A DNA stretch of 64,000 bases from the human T2T-CHM13v2.0 reference genome, Homo sapiens: the NCBI RefSeq assembly GCF_009914755.1, contig NC_060932.1. One strand, 5' to 3'. The position numbers and the translations under genes were made by a program. The notes beneath the pieces were generated by a model, which had not been told where the DNA came from, did no database searches, and saw only the letters and a program-made list of their open reading frames with translations. How positions within the stretch are numbered: the stretch's first letter is position 1; every line of letters begins with the position of its first letter. Shown in pieces: positions 27,231 through 41,279 of the stretch.

Positions 27231-28669
27231 CAGTCGGTTTTAGGAACAACGAGTTTATTTTAGGATTATTTTGGCATGCAGTGAGGTTTCTGTGGCAGTC
27301 CTGAGGCCAACCCAGGTATAACAGTTCATATTTTGAGAAGGCCAGCTGTAAAATGGGAGGTGAACTGGTGGGCCAGAGGCCAGCTGATCATCAGGGAACC
27401 ACAGGGCCAGATAAGCTGAAGCAAAAGAAAGGCCTTGGCGGGCCTAAGGAAACTGCAGTGACCTTCCAAACAGAGCTGAGTGCTGTGGACAACGTGGAGG
27501 AGTGGCATGAGAACAAAACAGGCCTTGGTTGTGTTGGGGCAGGTGCAAAACAGGTTGAAGGACATTAAACAGCAGTCCTGTATTGGCATTTCCAAAATGG
27601 CTTTACACAGCATCCCCCTCTGCCGGGAAAGAGGAGGTCATGCTGCCCTGCACCCGGCTGCAGTGCCCACAGTGCCCTAACGACTGTCATTGTTTCCCAC
27701 AGTGGTGGGAAACTCCTTCACACAGTGAGGGAGTTCTGAAAAAGAAGGGCTTGCATGTGTGTATCAGAGGACCTGCGGTATTACTGGCATCATGTTTCAT
27801 TTGGCCCTGTCTCTATTTTAAAATAAACGCTGATCCCACTCTTAAAAATGGTTTTACCAATGAAAAATAATGTTACCTGTTTGTTTGTTTGTTTGACTAG
27901 AAAAGATAAGAACACAGTACCTGTATTTCTACAGGACAACTGCCTGGATCCAGTGGTTGCTACTTATTTTTAAAGAGTCTGTGGTGTGGCCTCTCCAGAG
28001 TTCATCATCTAGATAGTGCATGCAGTGGTTACACTTGCCTACACCCTTGATTGACTTGAGTTTGGAGCCTTTGTAAAAACTAAGCAGAATTAATCAGAGA
28101 AGTAGTTAAAGGACCTAAGCCCATGGTTTTTTAATGCCTAGAATCAGAAGCAAAATTATTGGTATCAAAGGCACTTTCCATTCCACAATAATTGTAAGCA
28201 ACTTGAATCATCATAACAGATGGATAATAAAATGAAAAGCTTCCAAGACTTTGAAAGTGCTTTCTGGGTGGCAGACACACCTTCCGTGATAGCCTAAGGC
28301 ATGGTGAGGCTGAGCCAAGGCACTTGAATTTCCACTCACCTTGTGGAGCCTGTATAGCTTGTCTCTTGATACTGTGGCTTGGCTTATAAAATAAATAAAT
28401 ATAATTAAAAACTTGCTTTTCAATAATCCTTTATCTTACTAACATATTTAATCCTTCTGCAGTGGGAACACTGAGGAGAAATTGCTCATATATTTTTCTT
28501 TTTCTAATACGTCATTTATTTTCCAGTTAAAAAAGCAACGTATACTCATTATAGGAATTTGAAAAATATAGACTGATTACTTATCCACTAAAAATAAAAG
28601 GAAAGAAAACCACCCTCCTACAGTTTCATCATCCATAGGCAAATTTTGATTTATTTACAATTCTCCTTT

Positions 28670-29210
28670 CATCTCACACATTTCTCAATTCCCCTTTATC
28701 TCAATCTCCTCTCCAGCTGTTGACCTCTTTCTCTGCCATTATTTGCAGAAAATGTCCTCAAAATAGTTGTCCCCTCTGTCTGTAAATCCTCTACTCCCCT
28801 TCTCTCAGGAGCCCAATCCAATTCTGTTAATACCACACCTAGAACTTTTGGTGTTCAGGTCACAAGTGAACTCTGATCCTAAGTCCAGTGGTCAGTCTTC
28901 AGACAGGATTGACACGTTTGTTAATTACTTCCTTCTTGAAACATTGTGTATACTGGCTTTAAGGATGCCATTTTCCCTGGTCTCCTTATATCCACCTAGC
29001 TGCTCTTCCCATTCTTCTTCTTTGTTGTTTTCTTGGTCTTTCCCATCTCTAAACATTGACAGCTCAGGGCTGACTCTCACTCCCCTGTATAAACTCATCC
29101 AGGTTCAAGTCTCTAATGTTATGTAGATGGCTTCTGCCAGAACTGCTTCTCTCAGACCCACATTTCCAATTGGACATCCCGATAGGCATATTAACTTGAA
29201 CTATGCCAAG
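28670..29210 (+). mobile_element. L2 fragment (continues at ~31965-32385 after the L1 insertion)
   Basis: CT-rich L2 ORF-like sequence (TCCAGTGGTCAGTCTTCAG, CTTCCTTCTTGAAACA). Confidence 0.6.
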
Positions 29211-29211
29211 G

Positions 29212-31962
29212 TTATTTTTGATTCACAATTTGTACATAGTTATGGGGTACATGTGATATTTTGTTACATGCATAGAATGTGTAATGATCAACTCAGAGTA
29301 TTCAGGGTACTCATCACGTTGAGTATTTACCATTTCTATGTGTTGGAAACATTTCAAATCCTCTCTTCTAGCTACTGTGAAATATACAATACATTGTTGT
29401 TGACTATAGTCACTCTATTCTGCTATCAAGCATTAGAATGTATTCCTTCTATCTAACTATATGTTTGTACCCATTAATCTTCATCCCAACTCCACCTACA
29501 CACATACCTTTCCCAGGCTCTATGACCTATTCTTCTATTCTCTAATTCCATCAGATCAACTTTTTTAGCCCCCACATATGAGTGAGAACATGTGATATTT
29601 GTCTTTCTGTGCCTGTCTTATTTAACTTAACATAATGATCTCCAGCTCAATCCAGGTTGCTGCAAATGAATAACATTCCATTGTGCATATATACCCCATT
29701 TTCTTTCTCCATTTGTCCACTAATGGACATTGAAGTTGATTCTGTACCTTGGCTATTGTGAATATTGCTGCAATAAACATGGGGTGCCAGTATTCCTTTG
29801 ATATACTGAATTCCTTTCCTTTGGCTAAATACCCAGTATGTGGATTACAGGATTTTATGATAGTTCTATTTTTACTTTTTTGAGAAATCTCCTTACTGTT
29901 TCCATAATGGCTGTACTAATTTACATTCTCCCAAACTCTGTATAAAAGTTTCCCTTTCTCCACATCCTCACCAGCATCTGTTACTTTTTTTCTCTTTTCT
30001 TTTTAATAATAGCCATTCTAACTGGGCAAGATGATACCTCATCGTGGTTTTGATTTGCATTTTCCTGATGATTAGTGATGTTGAACCTTTTTCCATATAC
30101 TTAATGGCCATTTATAGGTCTTCTTTTGAGGCATGTCAATTCACATACTTTGCCCACTCTTTAATGGGATTATTATTATTATTATTATTATTATTTTTAC
30201 TGTTGAGTTGTTTGAGTTTCTTATATATTCTAGGTATTAGTCACTTGTTGGATAAATAGTTTGCAAATATTTTCTCCTATTCAACAGGTTGTTCTTTCAC
30301 TCTGCTGATTATTTCCTTTGCTGTGCTGAAGCTTTTTCATTTAATATTTGTTGATTTTTTTGTTGCCTATACTTTTGAGAACTAAACCATAAAATCTTCG
30401 CTTATATCAATGCCCTGAAATGTTTCTCCTATATTTTCTTCCAATGGTTGTATAGTTTCAGGGCTTATATTTAAGTTTTTAATCATCCTGAGTTCATTTT
30501 TGTACATGGTGAGAGATAGAAGTCTATTTTCATGCCTCTGCGTATGAATATCCAATATTCCCAGCACCATTTATTGAAGAGAGTATCCTTTTCTTAAAGT
30601 ATGTTCTTGGTGCCTATGTTGAAAATCAGTGGGCTGTAAATATCTGGTTTTATTTCTGGGTTCTCTATTCTCTTCCATTGGTCTATGTGTGTATTTTTAT
30701 AGCAATACTATGCTGCTTTGTTTACTATAGCCTTGTAATATATTTTGAAGTCAGGTAGAGTGATGTTCCAGCTTTTTTTTTGTTTTTTGGGTTTTTTTTG
30801 CTCAGGATTTGGATTTGTTTTTCTTTGGCTATTTGGGCTCTTTTCCAGTTCCATATGAATTTTAGTTCTTTTTTTTTTCTAATTCTGTGAAAAATGACAT
30901 TGGTGTTTTGATAGAGATCACATTGAACCTGTAGCTTGCTTTGGACACTATGATCATTTTAACAATATTAATTCTTCTGGTCCAAGAGCATGGGATATCT
31001 TTCCATTTGTTTATGTTCTCTTAAGTTTCTTTCATCAGTGTTTTATAGTTTTCCTTGTAGAGATATTTTACCTCCTTGGTTAAATTGATCCCTAGGTATT
31101 TTATTTTATTTTTTTGTAGCTATTATAAATAGGATTGCCTTTTTAATTTCTTTCTCAGCTATTTCATTATTGGTGTATAGAAACACTACTGATTTTTGTA
31201 CACTGATTTTATATCCTGCAACTTTACTGAATTTATTTATCAGATATAAAAGTTTTCTGGTGAAATCTTTAGGTTTTTCTCTATATAAAATAATGTCATC
31301 TGCAAAAGCAGATAATTTGAATTACTTTTTTCTAATTTGGATGCATTTTATTTCTTTCTCTTGATTAGTTGCTGTAGCTAGGAGATTCAGTACTGTGTTG
31401 AATCAAGTGGTAAAAGTGAGCATCATTGTCTTGTTCCAGTTATTAGAGGAAAGGCTTTCAGCTTTTCCCCATTCGGTATGATGATAGCTGTGGGTTTGTC
31501 ATATACGGTCTTTATGTTTAGGCAGGTTTCTTTTATGTCCAGTTCGTTGAGAGTTTTTATTGTTAAAGGATGTCGAATTTTATCAAATGGTTTTTCGGCA
31601 TCTATGGAGATAAACGTGATTTTTGTCCTTTATTCTGTTGATGTGATGTATCACATGTGTTGATTTGTGTATATTGATCCATGCTTGCATCCCTGGTATA
31701 AATCCCATTTGATCATGATATATTTTATCTTTTTGATGTGCTGCTGCTGCTGGATTCAATTTGTTAGTATTTTGTTAAGGATTTTTGTGTCTATGTTCAT
31801 TAGAGATATTGGCCTGTGGGGTTTTTTAAATTGTATTCTTGTCTGGTTTGGGTATCAGGGTATACTGATCTTGTAGAATGAGTTAGACAGAATTCTCTCC
31901 TCTTCGATTTTGAAGACATTGGTGTTAGGTCTTCTTTGCAAGTTTGGTAGAATTTTGTGGTT
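29212..31962 (-). mobile_element. L1MA1-3-like, 5'-truncated
   Basis: Antisense 3' end ATGGGGTACATGTGATATTTTGTTACATGCATAGAATGTGTAATGATCAA followed by antisense ORF2. Confidence 0.88.
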
Positions 31963-33874
31963 TCATTCCTAATCCAACCATTTCTCATGACTTCCACCTT
32001 TACCAGTCTGGTTTCAACCACCACCCTACTACTGGGTTATTGTAATAACTTTCTCAGTGATGTCTGTGCTTCTGTCTTGCCTCCCTGTAATACCTAAATC
32101 AGATTACAATACTCTTTTGTTTATAACTTTTCAATGGGTTCCAAACTTCATGTTTTTAGCCTTGCATGATCTGGCAATTGGTTAATTCTCTAATCTCATC
32201 CCCATTCTCTCTTTGCCTGCTTTCTGCACTCCAACCATATGGTCACATTTTTGTTCCTTAAACAGCTATCATGCTCCTGTTTCATGGTATTTGCTCTTGC
32301 AGTTCCTTCTGCCTGGAACCTTCCTTTTCTGGAGAGCCTCTCAGCTCATTTGCTGCCTTGCTTCATTTATATCTCTCTTTGAAGGATTTTTAATCTGTGA
32401 AATATTGAGTTTTCTGTCACATAGCCACAGTATATCTTTGTTTATTTAGGTCTTCTTACATTTCTCACCAATGTTTGGTAGTTTTTATTACACAGAACTT
32501 AGATATCTTTTGTCAGGCTTATCACTAAGTATTTAATATTTTTTGATGTGATATTCAATGGTAGTTTTTTGTGTCTATTGATGTGGTCAAATCAGTTAAT
32601 GCAGAAAAAGCATTTGAGAAAATTAAGCATCCATTTCTTATTAAAGTTCTCAACCTAGTAAGGATAGAAGGGAAATTTCTTAACCTAATAAATGGCATCT
32701 ACAAAACCCTAAAACTAACAGTGTACTTAATGGCAGAAGCCTGTCAGGAATAAGAGTATTCATCTTTATAGGGGAGGTTCTACCAGTATAGTAAGGCAAG
32801 ACAAAGAAATAAAATGCATCCAGTTTGGAAAGGAAAAAGTAAAACTATCTTTATTCACAGATGGCATGATTGTTTTATATAGAAAATCCTATATTATCTA
32901 CTAAGTACTAAAACTAGCAAGTGAGGTTAGCAAGGTTGCAGGATATAAGTTAGTATACAAATATTAATTGTATTCCTAACAAAAGATGTGGAAAACTTGT
33001 ACCCTAAAAACTGTAAAACATAGTGAGAAACTATTTAAATATGCTGAAAGCCCAATCAATAAAAAATTAAACATATCTTTTAATATCACATCAAAATACA
33101 AAATACCTGGCAATAAACCCTTACTTTGGTGGGATTAATTATATTTGATCTTTATATATATATGTACATATAATAGATATGTAATATATATATAATATAC
33201 ATGTAATATAATCCTTTGCTGGGATTTATTATAGTTGAACATTATATTTTTTTATATATTTTGGAGCCCTTGTGCTAAAATTTTGCTTAGAATATTTACC
33301 TCTATATTCATGAGACATATTGGCCTGTAGTCTTCTTTTCTTAAGCATTTTTGTCTTGTTTGGGTAATGCTGGCATCATAGAATGAACAGGGAATTATTC
33401 TCTCCTCTTCACTTTTCTGGAAGAATTTGTTTAAAACCAGTATTATTTCTTCCTTAAGGCTGTGGTAGAATTCACCAGTGAACCCATTTAGACCTAGAGT
33501 TATCTTTGTGGGATAGTTTTTAAGTGAAAATTAAATTTCTTCAATAGAAATAGGCTTATTCAGGCTATGTATTTCTTTCTGAGTGAGGTTTGGTAGTTTT
33601 TATCTTACAAGGAATTTTTTCATTTTATCTAAGTTATCAAATTACTTGGCATAAAGTTGTCCATGATATGTCCTTATTATCTTACTATTAGCTATAGAAT
33701 CTGTACGGATGATGCTTCTTTCATTGTTATTATTAGTAGTTTTTTTATTCTCTCTTTTTTTTCCTGATTAGTCTGGTTAAAATACATCACTTTTATAAAT
33801 CTTCTCAATAAAAGAGGTTTTGGTTTCATTGGTTTTCTCTAGTATTTTTCTATTTTTTATTGCATTGATTTCTT

Positions 33875-34003
33875 TGTCTTTGTTTTTGTGGAGAGGTCTC
33901 ACTATGTTGTCTAGGCTGGCCTCAAACTCCAGAGCTTGAATAATCCTCCTGCCTCAGCCTCCTGAGTAGCTTGGACTAAAGGCATGTACTACAATGCCCA
34001 GCT
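33875..34003 (-). mobile_element. FLAM (free left Alu monomer)
   Basis: GGTCTCACTATGTTGTCTAGGCTGG..TCCTCCTGCCTCAGCCTCC; monomer length ~130 bp. Confidence 0.8.
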
Positions 34004-35154
34004 GACTTTTGTTTTCATTTTTACCATTTTCTTTCTTTTGCTTACTTTGCTTTTTTTTTTCCAAATTTCTTAATGTAGAAATTGAAGTAATTGATTTAAA
34101 CCTTTATTATTTTGTAACATATGCATTTAATATTACAAATTTTCTATAAGTACTGCTTTAGCAGTATTCTACTTATTTTAATATATGTGCTTTCATTTTC
34201 ATTCAATTCACTCTATGTTGTCTTTCCCTTTTGATTTTTTTCTTTGATGTAAGTGTTATTTAACAGTGTTAGTTTCCAAATATGGAGGATTTTTTCAGAG
34301 ATCTTTCTGTTATTGATTTCTAATTGAATTCTATTGTGGGCAAAGAAAATACTTTGTATTTAAAATATATGAAAACTTTTTAATTACCAAATATTGTTTA
34401 TGTTGGTAAGTATTTTGTGTGTATTTTAAATAAATGCATATTCTGCTATTTTTGCTTAGAGTGTTCTATAAATATCAACCAGATCAAATTGATGGATAGT
34501 ATTGTTCAAGTCTTTTGTAAAAGCCTTACAGATTTTCCATCTACATGTATTATCAGATATTGAAAATAGGGTTTTGAAATCTCTGACTGTTATAGTGGAC
34601 ATTTCTATTCCACCTTGCAGTTCTTTTTTTTTTTCATCATATACTTTGAAATTCTGTCTTAAGTACATACACATTTAGAGTTGTTATGCAATCTTGATGA
34701 ATGTACTTTATTATTATTATGAAATGACCTTTATCTATGACAATATTCTTCATTTTGAAGTCTTCTTTGATGTTGATATGGCCACTTCAGCTTTCTTTTG
34801 ATTAGTGTTTCCCTTTCCATCAGTTTCCCTTTCCATCTTTTATTTCTTTAATTATAAACCTATTGGTATCTTTATGTTTGAATTGTGTTCCTTTGATGTG
34901 GCATATAGTCAAATCTTTGTTTTCTATCCAATCTGACATTTGCCTTTGAATTGGCATGTTTAGTTTGAATTTATGGTTAGACTTAAGTATATTATCATGC
35001 CATTCACTTTCCAGTTGTTTCATCTATTCTTTGCTACCCTTTCCTTTATTTTCTTCTTTCTTTTGGGTATCTTTTATGATTTTTTAATTGTTATTGTTGG
35101 CTTATTGGCCACAATTTGTTGTTTTGTTATTTTAGTATGTTTTTCTAAAATATA

Positions 35155-35393
35155 CAGGTGGAGCATACCTTATCTGAAATGCTTGGAAATAGAAGTGTTT
35201 TGGATTTCAAATTTTTTCAAATTTTGGAATATTTGCATTAGGTATACTTACTGGTTGTGCATTCCAAGTCTGAAAATCTGAAATCCAGAGTGTTTTAATG
35301 AGCATTTTATTTGAGCATCATGTTGGCACTTAAAAATTCTGAATTTTGGAGGATTTCAAGTTCTGGATTTTTGGATATGAAATGCTCAACGTG
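35155..35393. mobile_element. Tigger4a (MER46A) MITE
   Basis: TA|CAGGTGGAGCAT..ATGCTCAACGTG TIRs, ~240 bp, characteristic GGATTTT repeats. Confidence 0.8.
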
Positions 35394-37289
35394 TCTCTTT
35401 AACTTTGCACACTGTACCTCCAAATTATATTGAACACATCATGTATAGTGCAGGAGCCACTCATTTGTTCCCTCCAGGCACTTCTACTATTGTTGTCATA
35501 CCTTCTACTTTCTCAAATATTTAAGCCCCACACTATACTCATATTATTTTTGTTTTAGCAGTCAGTTATTTTTAAAAATGTATTTTTGAAAATCTTACAT
35601 ATTTATCCAAATAATTAGCATTTCTGTTGTTTTCATTTTTTCTGTAGATCCATACCCTCTCCATCTGATACAATTTTCCTTCTTCTTGGAAGACTTTGAT
35701 ATTTCTTGTAGTATAGCTTTGTTCTAAACACTTTTACATTTTGTTTGTTTTGGAAAGATCTTTTGCTGGGTATAAAACTGTACATTGGGATTTTTTTTTT
35801 TCACTACTCTAAATAAGTTGTGTAACTTTTTCTTGTTTTCCTTGTTTGCATGAGAAACCTACTGTCATCCTCATCCTCTTTCTTGGTGTGTAACCTGTCT
35901 TTTATTCTGGCCCCCTTAAAATATTTTCCTCTTTATCACTAGTTTTGAGCAGTTTATGAGTTGCCCTGGTGTCATTTTCTTCATGTTTCTTGTGTTTGAA
36001 TACATTGATTTTCTTGGATCTGCACGTTTATAGCTATCACCATATTTAAAAAATCCCTGACCATTCCAACTTCTTTTGTATAATGCTCTCTCTCCCTTAT
36101 CGAGACTGCAAATACTTGTATATTAGGCCACTTTGTTGTGACCTAAAGCTCATATATTTATTCAGCTTTAAAAATTCTTTCTCTATATATTTAATTTTGA
36201 ATTGTTTATATTGCTAGGTTATTAAGGTCAATAATAATTTCTGCAATGTCTACTCTGCCATTAATCTTATCCGATATAGTTTTCATCCAGGACACTCAAG
36301 TTTTCATCTCTTGAAATTTAATTTAGTTCTTTTTCGGATCTTTCATGTCTCTGCTTAATGTTTGGAACATTTGGAGTGCAGTTACGTTAATTGTTTTAAT
36401 GTACTTGGTTGCTAATCCTAACATTTATGTCATTTTTAAAAAATAGTTAATTTTCTCCTCATTAGAGGATATATTTTCCTGCTTGTTTGCATGTCTGGTA
36501 ACTTAATTGGATAACAGACATTATGAATTTTATCATTCTGGGTAGAAGAACAATTTATAAATATGCTTTTGCTTGATTCTCAGTCAATGTTAAGTTACTT
36601 AAAAATAGCTTGACCCTTCAGGCCTTGCTTTTAAGATTAGGAGAGTCCTAGACTAGTGTTAATTACTTTCCTCTACTGAAGCTTTTCTACCACTTCCTGT
36701 GTACTTTACCCAGTTCCACAAGAATTATGAGTATTTGGTCAGACAGGTTCCATTCCCTGTGTCATGTGAGTGCGGCTGGGTACTGTTTTCTCTAATTCTT
36801 TCAGGTGGTTATTTCCGCAGCCTCAGAGCTTGGCTACTTTTTTTATAAAATAAAAGTTAGACAACCATGTTTACAAAAATAAAACAGAAAAGAAAATAAT
36901 AAAATGAGAAGTAAAATTTCTCTTTCATTGTTTTTGTATATAACAAAACCCTCTTCTAAAGTTAATTATTTATGACTTTTTTGGTATAACTTTTATGCAT
37001 TTATTAGAAAGATTCCATATATATATCTTTTTATCCAACTGTATTATACTTGTTTATCTAGTTTCTTTGATTAGAATAGCATGTACATGGTTATCATTTA
37101 AGAATAAATGTAAGTGCACAGCATATTCTGTATTCAATGTTAATCATTTATTAAATTATTTTAGGAATATATCAATTATCAAATGAGATTTTTTTCCCAT
37201 TCCCTTCATGATACCAAATAGATCCAGGTCCTAGGTATGTGTTTTAAAATTAGATATAATAAAAATATTTTGGTAATTTGCTCAAGGAA

Positions 37290-37440
37290 CCTAGTTCTTG
37301 GTCTTAATGAGGATTTTATAAACTGTGTGCTATGTGCAAGTCATTTAGTCTTCCTGAGTCTCAGTTTTCTCATCTGTCATTAAATCGTATGGAATTAGGT
37401 TATATCTAATATTAATTCCAATTGTGAATTTAGATGACAT
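37290..37440 (+). mobile_element. MIR fragment
   Basis: GCAAGTCATTTA..TCTCAGTTTTCTCATCTGT core. Confidence 0.6.
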
Positions 37441-37574
37441 CCTTAAGTTTCTTCTTTAGGACATTATCAATAAATGGAAGAGTTTTGTTGGCAACCTGGC
37501 TTGTCATTGGTGGGTGATGATGAGGACATGTTTGCCTGATCGTCATACTCACAATGGTCTTACATTTGGTTTTA

Positions 37575-39222
37575 TATTTTTTTTCTTTTCAACTTTTATT
37601 TTACAATCAGAGGGTACATGTGCAACTTTGTTACCTGGGTATATGGTGTGATGCTCAGGTTTGGGGTATGAATGATGTCATCACTGAGGTACTGAGCATA
37701 GTAGCCAACAGTTATTTTATTTATTTACTTATTTATTTTTTAATGATAATTTAAGTTCCGGGGTACATGTGCACAGCATGCAAGTTTGTTACATAGGTAT
37801 ACATGTGCCATGTTGGTTTGCTGCACCCGTCAACTCATCATTTACATTAGGTGTTTCTCCTAATGCTATCCCTCCCCCAGACCCCCACTCCCCAACAGGC
37901 CCCAGTGTGTGATGTTCCCCTCTCTGTGTCCATGTGTTCTCATTGTTTAGCTCCCACTTATGAGTGAGAACATGCCATGTTTGGTTTTCTGTCCTTGTGA
38001 CAGTTTGCCGAGAATGATGGTTTCCAGCTTCATCCATGTCCCTGCAAAGGACATTAACTCATCCTTTTACATGGCTGCACAGTATTCCATGGTCTATATG
38101 TGCCATATTTTCTTTATCCGTTCTATTACTGATGGACATTTGGGTTGGTTCCAAGTCTTTGCTATTGTGAATAGTGCCACAATAAACACACATGTGCATG
38201 TATCTTTATAGTAGAATGATTTATAATCCTTTGGGTATATACCCAATAATGGAATTGCTGGGTCAAATGGTATTTCTAGTTCTAGATCCTTGAGGAATCG
38301 CCACACTGTCTTCCACAATGGTTGAACTAATTTACACTCCCACCAACAATGTAAAAGCTTTCCTATTTCTCCACATCCTCTCCAGCATCTGTTGTTTCCT
38401 GACTTTTTAATGATCGCCATTCTAACTGGCGTGAGATGAAATCTCATTGTGGTTTTGATTTGCATTTCTCTAATGACAAGCGATGATGAGTATTTTTGCA
38501 TATGTCCCCAACAGTTATTTTTTAAACCCTTGCTTCTCTCCATCCATACACCCCCCCATAGTCCTTAGTGTTTATTGTTCTCATTTTTATGTCCATGAGT
38601 ATCTAACATGCAGTATTTGGTTTTCCGTTCCTGCATTAATTTGCTTAGGATAATGGCTGCCAGCTGCATCCATGTTGCTGCAGAAGACAGGATTTTGTTT
38701 TTTTTAATGGCTGCATAGTATTCATTGGTGTATATGTACCATATTTTCTTTATCCAATCCACTGTTGATGGGCACCTAGATTTTCTTTGCTATTGTGAGT
38801 AGTGTTACAATGAACATACTAGTGAATGTGTCTTTTTGGTAGAGTTATTTGTTTTCTTTTGGACATATACCCAGTAATGGGATTGCTGGGTCAAATGATA
38901 GTTCTGTTTTAAGTTCTGTGAGAAATCTCCAAAATGCTTTCTACAGTGGCTGAACTAACTTACATTTCCACTAACAGTGTATAAGTGTTTCTTTTTCTCC
39001 ACAACCTCACTGACATCTATTGTTTTTTCACTTTTTAATAACAGCCATCCTGACTGGTGTGAGGTGGTATCTCATGATGGTTTTTATTGCATTTCTCTGA
39101 TAATTAATGATGAGAATTTTTTCATGTTTGTTGGCTGCTTGAATGTCTTCTTTTGAGAAGTGTCTGTTCATGTCTTTTGCCCATTTTTTAATGGGGTCGT
39201 TTTTTTTTTGCTTGTTCAAATG
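37575..39222 (-). mobile_element. L1PA15/16 3' fragment (host of nested L1)
   Basis: CAACTTTTATTTTA..GGGTACATGTGCA..GTGATGCTCAGGTTTGGGG 3' end; resumes at ~38522. Confidence 0.85.
37719..38507 (-). mobile_element. L1PA7/8-like 3' fragment nested in the older L1
   Basis: ORF2 C-terminus ([25 protein letters not shown]); perfect TSD CCAACAGTTATTTT at 37705-37718 and 38508-38521. Confidence 0.92.
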
Positions 39223-40957
39223 CGTTACATTTGGATATTTGATGTTATTACCAAGTGATGGTGTACACATTATTACAGAGAAACTCTGACATAAATGAAA
39301 GAAAATGTTAATCATAGAGCTTTATTCTCTTTTCCTATTACTAGACACCCCATTTGCAGTAATTTTTTTTATAATTATCGCATGAAAAGCACATTTATAT
39401 GGCATTGGATTTTTAAGTTAAAATGTTAATTTGTTAAGTGGAAACGTTTAAATTATACTACAACTTTTGTAATATTGTTTTGAGATTTCTTTAATTTTTA
39501 ATAAATTGTGAGTGTAAAAAATGCCAGTGCCCTTATCCTCTCTTGACCTGAAGGTTGCTGGAGTATGTGTGTCAGAAAGATTAAATCTAATATGCAACAT
39601 TTCATTTAAAGTGCTTGGACTGGTTCTCACAATCCTACCAGCTGAGGCTATATTTTGAGTTTGTTTTCCTTCTACTTATATGCACATATACATATGGTAG
39701 GCCTGAGATAATGAGATTCTTTTCAATTTAAGCTGCCTGTAGTTAGACATATGAACAAAACACCTCCGTATAATTTGCCTTCCTTCATGACATTTACATG
39801 GGTAGATGTGTTTTGATTTGCTTTTGTGTAGCAAATACTGTGTTATCTGGGCCAAAAACATTTCACCGTCAAAATTAAAGATGGTAAGCACAGCTGATTT
39901 TTAAGAGTATTTTGGGCAGCTGCAGAATTCTGGTGACTATCCACCAGGCATTTTATTTCTTCCTTGCCCAAACTGAGTCACTTTCTATCTTAAGGCTAAG
40001 TTGATATAAAAAAAAATCATCCTTTGCCTACTGATGAAATAAATATACAAGTAAAACAAAACTAATTAGGAGGTACGTCTAATGGAAAAGCCTTATGTTT
40101 AAGAAATGCATACATAATTTTGAAATTAACATAAGCCAGTACCCACCCATGTATCATTGGACCAGAAGTTCATCATTTTTAGTTCCATCAGTAATTGTTA
40201 TTTATTTCTCTAAAATTATGCATCATTAGATATTTTCCTATCATAATGAAAATAAGGTATATGAGCTAAACATATATTTAGGTTAGAATATAATTGAAGA
40301 AAATTAATACTTGATTTAAATTTGCACGAGGGAAGATTTGAATCTGAGATGAAAAGTGATAATTGTGACTAAATTTAAGTATAGTCCTTGAAACCACTTT
40401 CTAAAGTTCTCTCAGATATTCCATTTATATAGTCTTTCCTATTCATCATAATATATTAGTTACTTTGAGAAAATTAACTTTATGCTTTCACCAATCCTAC
40501 ATTAATATCATTAACCCCATTTTACAGCTGAAGAATCCAGAACTTACTGGGCAACCCACACAGCTGGAAAAAGAAAAAAAAAGGCCTGGATTTTAATTCA
40601 ACCCTGTCTGAGGCAAAGAGCCTGTTCTTTGACGCTGAGACACCCATTCTGCCATGAGTTGTGTCTTGCTCTGCAGCCCATTCACTTTCCAACAATGCCT
40701 AGTGGTGAGGGATTGGGCTTTATATGGGCATGGCCATGAGCTGACTCTCGAATGGCTCTGCCAACCCTTCCCAGGAAATGGCCCAAGGCTGGGCACGCTG
40801 TTCTGCTTCCCCCATCCCCAATCCCGAGTTACCTTCTTTGTGCAAGGAGCTAATTTGACATGGGATTGAGTGTTAATGAGTCACACCACTCAAGAAATGG
40901 CTGCTTTCTCCCCACAACTCTCTATGCTAGACCTGCTGGGGGAAGCACCTGAAGTTA

Positions 40958-41222
40958 GCATTGCCCAAAGTGTTTTGAGGAACTAGTCTGTGTTAGAAGA
41001 AAAATAGACTCTGTGGTCAAAGAACTGCAAACAGTTGGTCTGTGTCAACTTTAAGAGGGTCAGAGTCTTTAACGTGTTAATCTGCTTCACTGGTTTCCAA
41101 GAGACAAAGTTAACATATAAGATACCCCAAATATATTTGACCACATCTAGCTGGTTTTATTTTTTTAAATAGAGCCTTTTAGGAGAATAGTATTCTGTGT
41201 AAGATACTTTAAAAATTGTTGG
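40958..41222. mobile_element. MER103C-like hAT-Charlie element
   Basis: TTGCCCAAAGTGT..GGAACTAGT start; CCCAAATATATTTGACCACA. Confidence 0.5.
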
Positions 41223-41279
41223 CTTGACCTAAAGAAGTGGTGGGAATTTCTGAAGCCCTTAATAGGTGATTAGGGGACA

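Larger units (their letters stand above)
32390..36830 (-). mobile_element. Old L1M relic with an inverted (+ strand) block at ~32590-33120
   Basis: Antisense ORF2/ORF1 sequence flanks a sense RT-region block (AEKAFEKIKHPFLIK). Confidence 0.75.
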
